A stretch of 64,000 bases of DNA from Candidatus Omnitrophota bacterium. Its GTDB lineage: Bacteria > Omnitrophota > Gorgyraeia > S143-82. Made by a program: the position numbers and the translations under genes. Of the stretch, positions 47,560-56,740 are shown in pieces (position 1 is the first letter of the stretch; each line of letters starts with the position of its first letter). Under the pieces are notes generated by a model, which had not been told where the DNA came from, made no database searches, and saw only the letters and a list, made by a program, of their open reading frames with translations. The stretch is taken from NCBI GenBank assembly GCA_015494465.1, contig WGBD01000004.1, forward strand, positions 132,627-196,626, read 5' to 3'.

Positions 47560-47598
47560 TCCTTCGCCTCCCCCCTTGGTTTATTCTATATCAAAAAG

Positions 47599-48687
47599 TT
47601 ACACCTTGCTACTACTAAGTATAACCGATTCTACCTCTCTTACAAAGGTGTTAAAGTCGAACGACTCTAGCCTTTGCCTGGCCTGTCTTCCGGCAGATTC
47701 CAGTATCCCAGGCCTCTCACAGAACCCTTTTACCTCCTCTGCAATCCTCTCGGGTTGGTCGGAGTCCAGGATCAAGCCCTCCCGTTCGTGTCTCACTAAC
47801 TCCACAGGCCCCCCGCAATTGGTAGTAACGACCGGTATCCCACAGGAAAAGGCCTCCAGTAGGGAATAACCAAACCCCTCTCTATCGGACAACATCAAAA
47901 ACAGGTCAACGCTGGCCCAAAACAACCCCACATCCTCGACCTCCCTGAGCCAGATCACCCTATCCTTGGCGGGAGAGTTCTCCAAGAGCCTCTGAAACCA
48001 CTCCCTACGGCCCTGGGGCCCGTCCGCTAGAACGAGCAGACGAAATTTCTCCGGGAGGTGCTCTAGGACCCCCACCGCTAGGCCAAGTCCCTTGGCGGGA
48101 TGGAGCCGGCACATCATTCCCAAGACGAGGGCATCCTCCAGACCAAAGTTCCTCCGGGCGGTGTCTCTAAACAACCTGCGCTTACTCTCCAGCAGGCGTA
48201 CTCGGCCTTCGGGTAGGGCGTTGTAAATTATCTTTATCCGCTCTTGGGGGATCCCTAGATCGGTCATCATGTGTCTGGCAACGGACCTAGACACCGCTAT
48301 GGCGGTCTTACCACAGGCAGGCAGTAGCCTGCGACCCAACTTGGGAGTAAAAAAACCGTGAAAGGTGGTGATGTAGGGCAGACCAAGGTAGCCAGCAGTA
48401 AAGTGGGCTAATACCTGCGTGATACGGGTGTGGGCCCAGAGAAGATCGATTCCTAGCTCACGGGAGTATTTGATTAACCTGGGGATGAGGGCCAGATTCC
48501 CAGGGCTGAAGGCGTTCTTTCCTTTTACATCCAGCAGTAGGTGCTCAGGGACCTCCTTTACCCTGCTCCCCCCACCCGATCCTACCCACACATCGAATCC
48601 TCGCTCTCTTAATGCGGAGGCGACATCCAAGACATAGGTGGTGATCCCTCCCACATTAAGGTGATTACACAGGATCAGTATCCTCAC
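47599..48687 (-). CDS. Glycosyltransferase family 1 (GT-B, GT4-like).
   Basis: MRILILCNHLNVGGITTYV N-terminus, plus the E-x7-E region near the C-terminus. Confidence 0.75.
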   Translation of the reverse strand: MRILILCNHLNVGGITTYVLDVASALRERGFDVWVGSGGGSRVKEVPEHLLLDVKGKNAFSPGNLALIPRLIKYSRELGIDLLWAHTRITQVLAHFTAGYLGLPYITTFHGFFTPKLGRRLLPACGKTAIAVSRSVARHMMTDLGIPQERIKIIYNALPEGRVRLLESKRRLFRDTARRNFGLEDALVLGMMCRLHPAKGLGLAVGVLEHLPEKFRLLVLADGPQGRREWFQRLLENSPAKDRVIWLREVEDVGLFWASVDLFLMLSDREGFGYSLLEAFSCGIPVVTTNCGGPVELVRHEREGLILDSDQPERIAEEVKGFCERPGILESAGRQARQRLESFDFNTFVREVESVILSSSKV

Positions 48688-48691
48688 TACC

Positions 48692-51600
48692 CTAGTCCCC
48701 GTAGGTCTCTTTTAACAACGAAACGATCGTCTCTACCAATTCGTCTGCACTGGAGAACCTCTTGTCCATCAATCCTGAGGAGATACTCTTCACCACGCCC
48801 TTAAGATCACCCGGGATCCACCGCAACGAACCGTCTTTCAATAGGATGAACAGACCACTACCAGCCGATCTTTTCTCCTTAAAACCGTTTACCTGGATCA
48901 ATCTCACCAACACCTTCTCCGACTCACCGTTCCTCACCACATTATAGTCTAACAAATATCCCTTCCCAAATTCGTCTAGGGTGATTACTCTAGGAGTCCT
49001 CCAGAGGAAGAAACGCCTTTTGACCTCCTCCAAAAAGGTCTCCCTGTTTTCTCGGTTCAACCTAACCCTAACCACTAGGTTGCCGTAGGGATTCTCCTCG
49101 CTAGCAGGTCGCTGGGCCCAATCCCACCAGATCCGGCCCGTCGGCGAGATAGCGGAAAAGTTCACCTCGTACACGCCAGGCCCAAGGTCGCCTATGTCGA
49201 CATCTCCCTCGTACACCAATTGGACTCTGCCCCCCTCTTCCTTCAGCCTGGCCAATTCCATTGGGATGTTCATCTCGTGCTCCCAACTGCCACCCACCTT
49301 TTCCACGCTAGCAAGGTGGAGCACCACCTTGACCCTCCGGTTCAGCTCTTCCCTATGTTTCTCCACCTCCTCCCGAGAACTGCCCAGGCCAGGTAAATAC
49401 ATCTCCACACTAAATCGCACCCTTTTCTCGGGTTGCCAGAAAAAGTTGCTTACGGGCTTGGCAAGTCCCTCTACCGTGGGATTCCCAAGCCATTCCACAT
49501 TGTACATCGCATCCCGGATACTGGCTATCGTCTCGTTGATCTCTTCCAGCACGGCAGGGGGGAGAAACCGCGCCTCGGACATAGATCCTACCAGCTCTCC
49601 CAAGTGTCTTAACAGGTAGCCGTAGACTATAGGGCCTTCCTCAAGGGATATGCCCTCTGCCTGGCGGAGTACGGAATCCAATTCCCTTATAGCAGATTTG
49701 AGTCCGGAAAGCCCCTGTGCCAGTTCTTCCGAGCGTTCCAGCTCCCCTTTCCTCAACCTCCGTTCTATCTGAAGGACATTCACCATCACTGACGGATTTA
49801 TCTTGTTCCTCACCGTATCGGCTATCCTATAGAGGTTTATAAGCCTCAAAAACTCCATTAATTCTGCCTTCAAGGCATCGTCTTCGACACTAAATGCCAG
49901 ATCCCTTATCCGCCTCATCACTTCCTCTACTAAGGGCTCCTCTCCTACCAACTTGGCCTTCGTCCTAACCACATTCAGTAGCAAGTCCAGGAGCCTCCGC
50001 TTATAGGAAAAGGGCAGTGAACTATCCAAGACCGAGGGGATCCAATCGTAATCTCTCTTCAAGACCTCCGCTATAGTCGCGCTATCTAGGGACTCGTCTT
50101 GGAATACAAGGCTCCGGAGTACTGCGTTGGGATACCTCGCGCTCAGGGTGGAGAGTATCAGATCGTCCTCCACCTCCTCACCAGATCTCTGCCAAGGCAA
50201 CTGGCCTAAGTGGTCGGTAGATATGGCCAGACGCTGACTGGCAGAGCTGACATCCACATACTTGCTCACCCGTCCCACCCCAGGGAAATCAGGCCTAAGT
50301 GGGAACCAGCTCCTGACTACCAGACCCTTAAAGCCTTTCGCCCTCAGCTCCATGCCTTTGAGATCCCTGATCCCAATCAAGGTCTGGGATTCCACGAACT
50401 CTCCCCAACCCTTGATTAGTCTAAATACGACCTCTCCCTCTTCCCGGGAATACCACAGTTCGTCCAATAACCCCACTTCGTTTAAGAACCAACTTAGGTT
50501 CGTTCCATCGGTGCCTATTATCCCCTCTTTCCTAAACTTGAGATTAGAGAGGTACTGCTTTATCCGATCTACGACCTGGGGATACAACACCTCTTTCTCC
50601 GGCGTTTCACTCAAGTCCACCATGGCCTGTAGCAGTTCTGGATGCGATCTCCGCATCCAATCAACAAAGGACAGAAGGAGGCAATCCAACGGCACATAAT
50701 ACAACCCATACCTGGCCTGGAGCCTGCGGGCCAGCCATCGCCTACCGCTACCCAGGGGTCCGGTCACGAGAACGGTATCGTAGGCCGGTTTCTCCACTGA
50801 CAACCGCTCGGGAAACGCCGGCAAGGCCACTTCGAAGATGGTACCCGTACCCTGCTTCGTGGCCTCTATCCTTGCCTGGAGGTCGAGCCTCTCCCTAGAA
50901 TAGGCCCCCACGCCTTCCCCTTCGGTCAGCGAGGCCATTGATATCCTACCCCCTACCAGGTTCAGGACATCACGGAGGTGAATAAAGCCATATCCCCCTG
51001 CCTCCACCACATCCAGTGAGGAGAGGACCGGTTCCTCAAATACCATAGGCCTTATGTGGGTAGGGATACCTTTGCCGTAATCCTGGACCCGTATGAGCAA
51101 CTCCCCTCCGGAGCACCAGGCACTCACCGCTACCCGGCCTCTCCCTTCCTTGACCGCCCGCAACAGCAGGTGGCGAAGCGCGGTCTTTATCGCAAAGTAG
51201 GTATAGACCTTGCCCTTTACATCCACCCTTACCTCGATTTCCACCTCTGGATAGTCCTTTCGCAATCTCTCCACCTCCTTAAGGACGAAGGCCCTAAGAT
51301 CGATCGGCAGGAATACATCTTCTATCTTGTATAGTACCAGCTCCATCTCCTTCCTAAGTTCATCGGCCCATACGAACAATCCCTCCTCGCCCTTCTCCCT
51401 GCTCTGGGTCTGAATCTTACCCAGGGCAAGGAAAATCGTCCGCAAGGTCTGTATAACATCCTCCCTATCCCTCACCGACAACAATCTTTCTCTTACGCGG
51501 ATCGTAACATCGTACTTACCTAGCTTATCGAACAGCTCGCTGAGTAACCTTCGGACCCATATCGAAATCTTGCGATGGATCGGGATAAAGACAAGCCTGC

Positions 51601-54600
51601 CGACATCCTTGCAAGGATAGCGGTGCCAAGCCCGAGCCCGATTCCAGTAGAACTCAAGCACTGTCTCGTCCGCCATCAAATCAATCCGATAGTTATCTCC
51701 GTATCTATCCAAGATCCAACGGAGAAGCTCTTCCCGGGCCTCCAAGGGTAGGTCAGCTTTATCCACCACTTCCAGTCCCTGATCTTTTAGACGAATCTCT
51801 AGCTCTCCTACCCGCTTCACCCCGTCACTCACCTCATCGCGAATCCGGACTTCGTAGCGTCCCGCGCTTAAAGAGGTCAACAGGAGATGCCCACCCGAAA
51901 ACCTCACCTTAACCGACTTAGGCAGGGTAGAGACGACCTTTATTCCTCCCATTAGGGCAAACACCCCAAGGGGTAAGCCAATCTGGTGAGGAAAGAGAAA
52001 CCATAACGCCAGCAACAATCCCGTCAAAAACGGGATCCTAACATCCTTCCAGGCCTCTAAGATCTCCCTAAACTCATTCCTATTGGAGAGCAGATAGATC
52101 CTATCAGGATGCATCCGCATGTCTTCCAAGATCATAGAGGGCTCCACATACTTGAGATCGTATTCTGCAACACTCCTCTCCCCTAAACCAGGAACCATGC
52201 AGAAGAGACGATTCTCACTGCCAACCACTGCGGACCAATTTTTCTTGAGGTAAGAAAGTCGGACGAATCGATACTCAGAGCTAAGCGAACGCCTGAATCG
52301 ATTATACCGGACCAGGAGGATTACCGGATCCTTTTTCACCGGAATTACCTCAAATTTCTGGTCCTTCCACCTAGGTGGGAGCCTCTTGCGCAGGTTGTAT
52401 ATCCAGTGAGCCCTACTCCGTTCCTCAAAGAGCTCGTCCAAGGCCTGTGTACGCACCTGTACCTCCACCTTTACCCCTTTTACCCTACCCTGAAAGACCA
52501 AGTAAGGCCTCCCTTCCACCCTTTTCACCTCTTTGGACAGCTCCTCTCCCTCATCGAATATGCCCTCAACCTGCTTGCCTACCTTCTCCAGCGTTTTCTC
52601 GTCCGGCACCACTATCTTCCCTGCCAAGAGGTCTGCCATCTCCTCTACCCGCTCCTTCCGCCCTGAAGATATCTTCATCCATATCGAAGAGAGGGCCTTG
52701 ATTCGGAAGCTGTGCGGATACTCGTCCAGCTCCGGCAAGTTGGCGTACAACCTCTCCCACATGGCATTGGATACCTCCTCAACCGTATACCCGTGAAGGA
52801 CCTTCGCCTTTATCTCCGCCTTGAGGCGGTAGAACTCAACCGGATTTCTCAGGGCAAACATGACATCGGAAAGCTCCCTATACAGCTCCCACATACCTAA
52901 ACGCTCCGCTAGAGGCAAGAAGATAAACACGATCCTGTTCAGATCCGGATCGCTCTCTCTAAGGGAATAACCGAAAAGGTAAAACTCCGCCACTACCCGG
53001 TTGAACAAAAGGATCAAGGCCTTTCTCCCCCACTTGTGAGAGGTAACCAACTGGTAGGCATAATCGATGGCATCCCGTAAGTAGTGCTCTCCCGGCAAGG
53101 GCTTGGTGGGATCTAGATCCGGAGAGAAGGCCCTTAAGGCACGGTATATCCTCAACAACTCCCGAAGATTCCCTTTCTCCTTTTCCCCAATCCTCAATCC
53201 GGGATCCTCTAAAAGCTTTTCAAGATGAGGGGCATCCAACCTAGACAACAAGGCCATCTTTTTCAACAGGCTATCCTTGGGATACTTTCGACTAACCAAT
53301 AGATAAAGGACCTTCACGAACTCGCTTTCGGTGACATTTCTCCGGAAGATCTTGTTGTTGTACCTGGCCTTGGCCTTCTCGAATAAACGCTTGTAGGGAT
53401 CTTTCAGTACAATCCCTGGTTCTACCCTTTCGAGTTTCCCAGAGCCTGCTCTAGGAAACTGCCTCAAAAACTCCCTAGCGATGTGCTCCATAGCAGAGAC
53501 GAAGCCCTCTTGGGGCTCAGGCAACCTCACCCCTTCTCTCTCCAAGGCCGAAGCCAAGGCGATAGCCCAATCCCGTTTTTTCCTAACCAGTTTTTCTTGG
53601 AGGGCAATTACCGCCAGTTCTTCTAACAACCACCTCTCCCTTTCCGATCCTCGATATAGGCGATACCCAGGCATGGGCCCGTAAACCTCTTCCACCCAAG
53701 CCAGATAAGACTTGGCCTTCTTCCCCAATAAAGTCGATACCTTTTTCAAGAAGATCTTCCTTTTATTAGGATCCATGCGCAGGAGTGCGTGAAGGCCTTC
53801 GTGGGTCCTCACCACATCCTTTACCAGATTTAACCCCGTCACCAAGTCATCGCCTGAGATCTGGTAAAAATCAGAAACTGCCTCCAGGAGACTCACCCAT
53901 ATGTAACCCACCCTGGTCTGCCAATCTCGGGGATACACCCAGGAAAGGACTTCGTCTATGTAATGGATCCTGCCCAGCTCGTCCGTCCAGGCCAAACCAG
54001 TGGATCTAAAGATGTAGTAGAGATCCGGATCAAGCTTTTCCACCTTTTTCTGGAGCCTATCCCAGAGAGGAAGGGGCAGACGCACTGGATAATGCCTTAG
54101 ATCCCCCGAATGGAACCAGCCCTTCGGCAAGACCGCCCTAGCTATAGAGAGCCACACCCCATAGCCTCTAGGCGAAAGGTCCCTTCCGTCTATGCAGACG
54201 GGAGGAGCAAGTAAGGAAACCTCCCAAGGATCGAGTATTCTACGCAGGTATTCCCGTCTCTCCTCTTCAACGAGAGAATATATCCTGGGACGAAGGACCG
54301 CAGTGGAGACCCCCTTCTCTTCTAAGGTCCTGGCCAGGTCCTTGCTGTGGAATCCCCCGCATATCACTATCCACTTCCCAGCGGAACCACTAACCCAGGG
54401 CTGGATTGAGTCGACAAAGGCAAAGCTCCTGCGCCTGGCCACCCGTAAAAACTCCCGCCAATGAGGCACCTTTTCAAGTACAGCGGAATAATCCGCAAGA
54501 TCGTCCAGAAGACTCAGAAGCGCCCAGGACCTCTTCGCCTGGGAGAGGTTCTTTTGGTACAGGGCCACATCCTCCAGGCCCAGGATCTCGTATTCTCCTG

Positions 54601-54976
54601 CGTAGCAGAGACCAAGGAACTCCCCCGCAGAAACCTTACCGGCCTTTAACAACCTCTCTAATACAGTCCTAAACTTCCTCGGTGAAAGGCGCTTCAAAAA
54701 GACGAACTCAGACAGCTCTAGCTTCCCGGAACCCGCCCCCTCTAAAAAGATCCCCTTTACCTCCCAGCGCCTCCTGATCTCCTCAAATGCCTCGACTATT
54801 CTCCTCTGACAGGCAGAACTGTAGTGTATGTCCTCGATTATCAAGACACGGGCGGGATCTATGTCACCGTGGACCAGGTAAGCGGACCTTAGGGATGCAG
54901 CCGAAGACCATCCCCCTACCGGGAGAGTAGCGATCCCTACGACGAAGGCCAAGAGGACACGCCAGATCCGATCCAT
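48692..54976 (-). CDS. Giant multi-domain protein: RelA/SpoT-homolog module (degenerate HD plus (p)ppGpp-synthetase-like nucleotidyltransferase), an internal two-helix transmembrane hairpin, a GHKL (HATPase_c) ATPase domain and a P-loop NTPase/kinase-like domain.
   Basis: PLAERLGMWELYRELSDVMFALRNPVEFYRLKAEIKA, FRIKALSSIWMK, DLLAGKIVV and VKVEVQVRTQALDELFEERSRAHWIY parallel RelA/SpoT PLAHRLG...ELEEL.F..L.P..Y..I, GRVKHLYSIW, DVRAVRIV and EVQIRT...A.HW.Y. GHKL boxes are VQDYGKGIP, GGYGFIHLRDVLNLVGG and GTGTIFEV. Walker A is LVTGPLGSGRR. The ORF extends to GTG 55042; ATG 54976 (MDRIWRVLLAFVVGIATLP) is the more likely start. Confidence 0.65.
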   Translation of the reverse strand: MDRIWRVLLAFVVGIATLPVGGWSSAASLRSAYLVHGDIDPARVLIIEDIHYSSACQRRIVEAFEEIRRRWEVKGIFLEGAGSGKLELSEFVFLKRLSPRKFRTVLERLLKAGKVSAGEFLGLCYAGEYEILGLEDVALYQKNLSQAKRSWALLSLLDDLADYSAVLEKVPHWREFLRVARRRSFAFVDSIQPWVSGSAGKWIVICGGFHSKDLARTLEEKGVSTAVLRPRIYSLVEEERREYLRRILDPWEVSLLAPPVCIDGRDLSPRGYGVWLSIARAVLPKGWFHSGDLRHYPVRLPLPLWDRLQKKVEKLDPDLYYIFRSTGLAWTDELGRIHYIDEVLSWVYPRDWQTRVGYIWVSLLEAVSDFYQISGDDLVTGLNLVKDVVRTHEGLHALLRMDPNKRKIFLKKVSTLLGKKAKSYLAWVEEVYGPMPGYRLYRGSERERWLLEELAVIALQEKLVRKKRDWAIALASALEREGVRLPEPQEGFVSAMEHIAREFLRQFPRAGSGKLERVEPGIVLKDPYKRLFEKAKARYNNKIFRRNVTESEFVKVLYLLVSRKYPKDSLLKKMALLSRLDAPHLEKLLEDPGLRIGEKEKGNLRELLRIYRALRAFSPDLDPTKPLPGEHYLRDAIDYAYQLVTSHKWGRKALILLFNRVVAEFYLFGYSLRESDPDLNRIVFIFLPLAERLGMWELYRELSDVMFALRNPVEFYRLKAEIKAKVLHGYTVEEVSNAMWERLYANLPELDEYPHSFRIKALSSIWMKISSGRKERVEEMADLLAGKIVVPDEKTLEKVGKQVEGIFDEGEELSKEVKRVEGRPYLVFQGRVKGVKVEVQVRTQALDELFEERSRAHWIYNLRKRLPPRWKDQKFEVIPVKKDPVILLVRYNRFRRSLSSEYRFVRLSYLKKNWSAVVGSENRLFCMVPGLGERSVAEYDLKYVEPSMILEDMRMHPDRIYLLSNRNEFREILEAWKDVRIPFLTGLLLALWFLFPHQIGLPLGVFALMGGIKVVSTLPKSVKVRFSGGHLLLTSLSAGRYEVRIRDEVSDGVKRVGELEIRLKDQGLEVVDKADLPLEAREELLRWILDRYGDNYRIDLMADETVLEFYWNRARAWHRYPCKDVGRLVFIPIHRKISIWVRRLLSELFDKLGKYDVTIRVRERLLSVRDREDVIQTLRTIFLALGKIQTQSREKGEEGLFVWADELRKEMELVLYKIEDVFLPIDLRAFVLKEVERLRKDYPEVEIEVRVDVKGKVYTYFAIKTALRHLLLRAVKEGRGRVAVSAWCSGGELLIRVQDYGKGIPTHIRPMVFEEPVLSSLDVVEAGGYGFIHLRDVLNLVGGRISMASLTEGEGVGAYSRERLDLQARIEATKQGTGTIFEVALPAFPERLSVEKPAYDTVLVTGPLGSGRRWLARRLQARYGLYYVPLDCLLLSFVDWMRRSHPELLQAMVDLSETPEKEVLYPQVVDRIKQYLSNLKFRKEGIIGTDGTNLSWFLNEVGLLDELWYSREEGEVVFRLIKGWGEFVESQTLIGIRDLKGMELRAKGFKGLVVRSWFPLRPDFPGVGRVSKYVDVSSASQRLAISTDHLGQLPWQRSGEEVEDDLILSTLSARYPNAVLRSLVFQDESLDSATIAEVLKRDYDWIPSVLDSSLPFSYKRRLLDLLLNVVRTKAKLVGEEPLVEEVMRRIRDLAFSVEDDALKAELMEFLRLINLYRIADTVRNKINPSVMVNVLQIERRLRKGELERSEELAQGLSGLKSAIRELDSVLRQAEGISLEEGPIVYGYLLRHLGELVGSMSEARFLPPAVLEEINETIASIRDAMYNVEWLGNPTVEGLAKPVSNFFWQPEKRVRFSVEMYLPGLGSSREEVEKHREELNRRVKVVLHLASVEKVGGSWEHEMNIPMELARLKEEGGRVQLVYEGDVDIGDLGPGVYEVNFSAISPTGRIWWDWAQRPASEENPYGNLVVRVRLNRENRETFLEEVKRRFFLWRTPRVITLDEFGKGYLLDYNVVRNGESEKVLVRLIQVNGFKEKRSAGSGLFILLKDGSLRWIPGDLKGVVKSISSGLMDKRFSSADELVETIVSLLKETYGD

Positions 54977-55084
54977 AATCAAAGTATAACTTTGGCTAGG
55001 GTTTTTGACAAACCTTTTAAAAAGGGGCGCCGGGACGGACACCAGGTGGCTAATGCCCGTCCCTGAGGGGGGAGATGATTACTA

Positions 55085-55184
55085 GATGATAATAGATCTG
55101 CCCTCAGAAGTCAAGTTATTTTTTAAAAAAATTTTATTATCGTTATTTATTGCAAGGCAATAAGTTAGGAGTGAGGTCTAATCC
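55085..55184 (-). promoter_or_regulatory. Structured intergenic region: an fhs terminator-like palindrome plus a candidate sigma70 promoter for the giant gene.
   Basis: On the minus strand: TTATTGCCTTGCAATAA followed by a T-rich run, then TTGACT-17 nt-TATCAT, then a CTGAGGG...CCCTCAG inverted repeat. A further GGGACGG...CCGTCCC hairpin lies at about 55031-55062, outside this interval. Confidence 0.4.
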
Positions 55185-56735
55185 CTACCACCTAAAATCC
55201 AAGGCCCGGGGGTGAGCCGGCAGTGCAGGCATGGTGGTGATGTTGCCCGATATCAGCACCACGAAACCTGCCCCAGCGGATAGAAAGGCATCGGATATGA
55301 GGAACTTAAAAGGCTTACGCCAATCGACATCTACCGAGTGGGAGAAGGTGTACTGGCTCTTGGCCACGCACACCGGCAGATCCCCATAACCCTGCTCCTG
55401 GTAAAGATCGAGCTTCTCCCGGGCCAATGGCTCGAACACTACATCCTCAGCCCCGTATACCTCCCTGGCCAGGAGCCGAACCTTCTTCTCCAAAGGCAAA
55501 TCCGTAGTATAGGTAAAGTTGATACGCACATCTTCCCCGGAACAAAGCTCCCACAATCGCTCCGCTATACCCACCGCAGATTCCGGCCCTCGAGAGAACA
55601 GGTGGCTCAAGAAGACATCGTCTGGTCCCGCAGTCCGTATGCGCTCCTCTACCTCCATAAGCTCTCGCTCGTCCTCACCCTCCCAAACATTCAGCAGCAC
55701 TACCACCTTCACCCCAAAACCTTTGGCTATTGAGATGTGCCGAAAGAGGTTATCGATACCGTGTTCAGCTATCGCCTTCCTGCTGGCCACTATTACGATA
55801 CAATCAGGCCCTCTTCCCATAATTCGGGACTTGATGTTGATGAATTTCTCTCCTCCACAGTCCACACCAAAACCTGCCTCGGTCACCACCACATCCGCAA
55901 GCTCCATGGCTACGAGATCCGCCACTATCGAACTGGAACCGATGCTGATGTTGGCAAAGGGACCTGCGTGCACGAATACAGGGCTACCGTCCACCGCCTG
56001 GACCAGATTGGGATACATGGCCTCCCGCATAAGCAGGTACACCGCGGGAGCCCCGCCCAGATCCTTAAGGGTGATGGGGCTACCCGTATCTGAGAACCCC
56101 AAGACTATGGACTCCAACCTAGAGCGGAAGTCCGCATCACCCCGGTAAAGGGCCAGGATCGACATCAATTCCGAGGCCGAGCTTATAGAAAAGTAGGACT
56201 TGTGAGGAAAGTATCTGCTCTTACGGTCCCAGGTGATACCTACGATGACCTCCCGCAATGCCCCATCGCTGACATCGAGGACCCTGCCCCAGTTGAGTTC
56301 CGATATGTCGAATCTCAAGAGATTGCCTCGATAAAGGTGATTGTCTATGAGCGAGGCTATTAGATTGTGGGCAGTGCTGACCGCGTAGTTGTCTCCGGTA
56401 AAGTGGGTGTTTATGTCCTCTTCGGGGACCACCCTGCACCTTCCCCCGCCCGTACCTCCGCCCTTTAAACCCAAAAACGGGCCCAAAGAGGGTTGCCGGA
56501 TACAGGCAACCGCCCTGCGTCCCAACCGATTAAAGGCCATGGAAAGACCTATAGTTGTAGTGGTCTTGCCCTCGCCCGAGCGAGTAGGAGTCATCGCGGA
56601 GACGAGTATGTAGCGTGCCTTTTGCGAAGGGACAGGGGGAATTGGTTTAACGACCTTTGCCTTGTACTTGCCGTAGCGAATGAGGGCAGACTCGTCCAAA
56701 CCAAGTCTGCCCGCCACCTCTAATATGTCTAACAT
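55185..56735 (-). CDS. fhs: Formate--tetrahydrofolate ligase.
   Basis: PTRSGEGKTTTTIGL and LGPFLGLKGGGTGGG motifs. Stop is TAG. Confidence 0.85.
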   Translation of the reverse strand: MLDILEVAGRLGLDESALIRYGKYKAKVVKPIPPVPSQKARYILVSAMTPTRSGEGKTTTTIGLSMAFNRLGRRAVACIRQPSLGPFLGLKGGGTGGGRCRVVPEEDINTHFTGDNYAVSTAHNLIASLIDNHLYRGNLLRFDISELNWGRVLDVSDGALREVIVGITWDRKSRYFPHKSYFSISSASELMSILALYRGDADFRSRLESIVLGFSDTGSPITLKDLGGAPAVYLLMREAMYPNLVQAVDGSPVFVHAGPFANISIGSSSIVADLVAMELADVVVTEAGFGVDCGGEKFINIKSRIMGRGPDCIVIVASRKAIAEHGIDNLFRHISIAKGFGVKVVVLLNVWEGEDERELMEVEERIRTAGPDDVFLSHLFSRGPESAVGIAERLWELCSGEDVRINFTYTTDLPLEKKVRLLAREVYGAEDVVFEPLAREKLDLYQEQGYGDLPVCVAKSQYTFSHSVDVDWRKPFKFLISDAFLSAGAGFVVLISGNITTMPALPAHPRALDFRW

Positions 56736-56740
56736 CAGAC

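Noticed and set aside
48692-55042. Interpreting the giant protein's GHKL domain as a classical sensor histidine kinase.
   Set aside because: No H-box (HisKA/HisKA_3) phosphoacceptor motif was found upstream of the ATPase domain, and no response regulator is adjacent. It is safer to call it a GHKL ATPase domain of unknown role.
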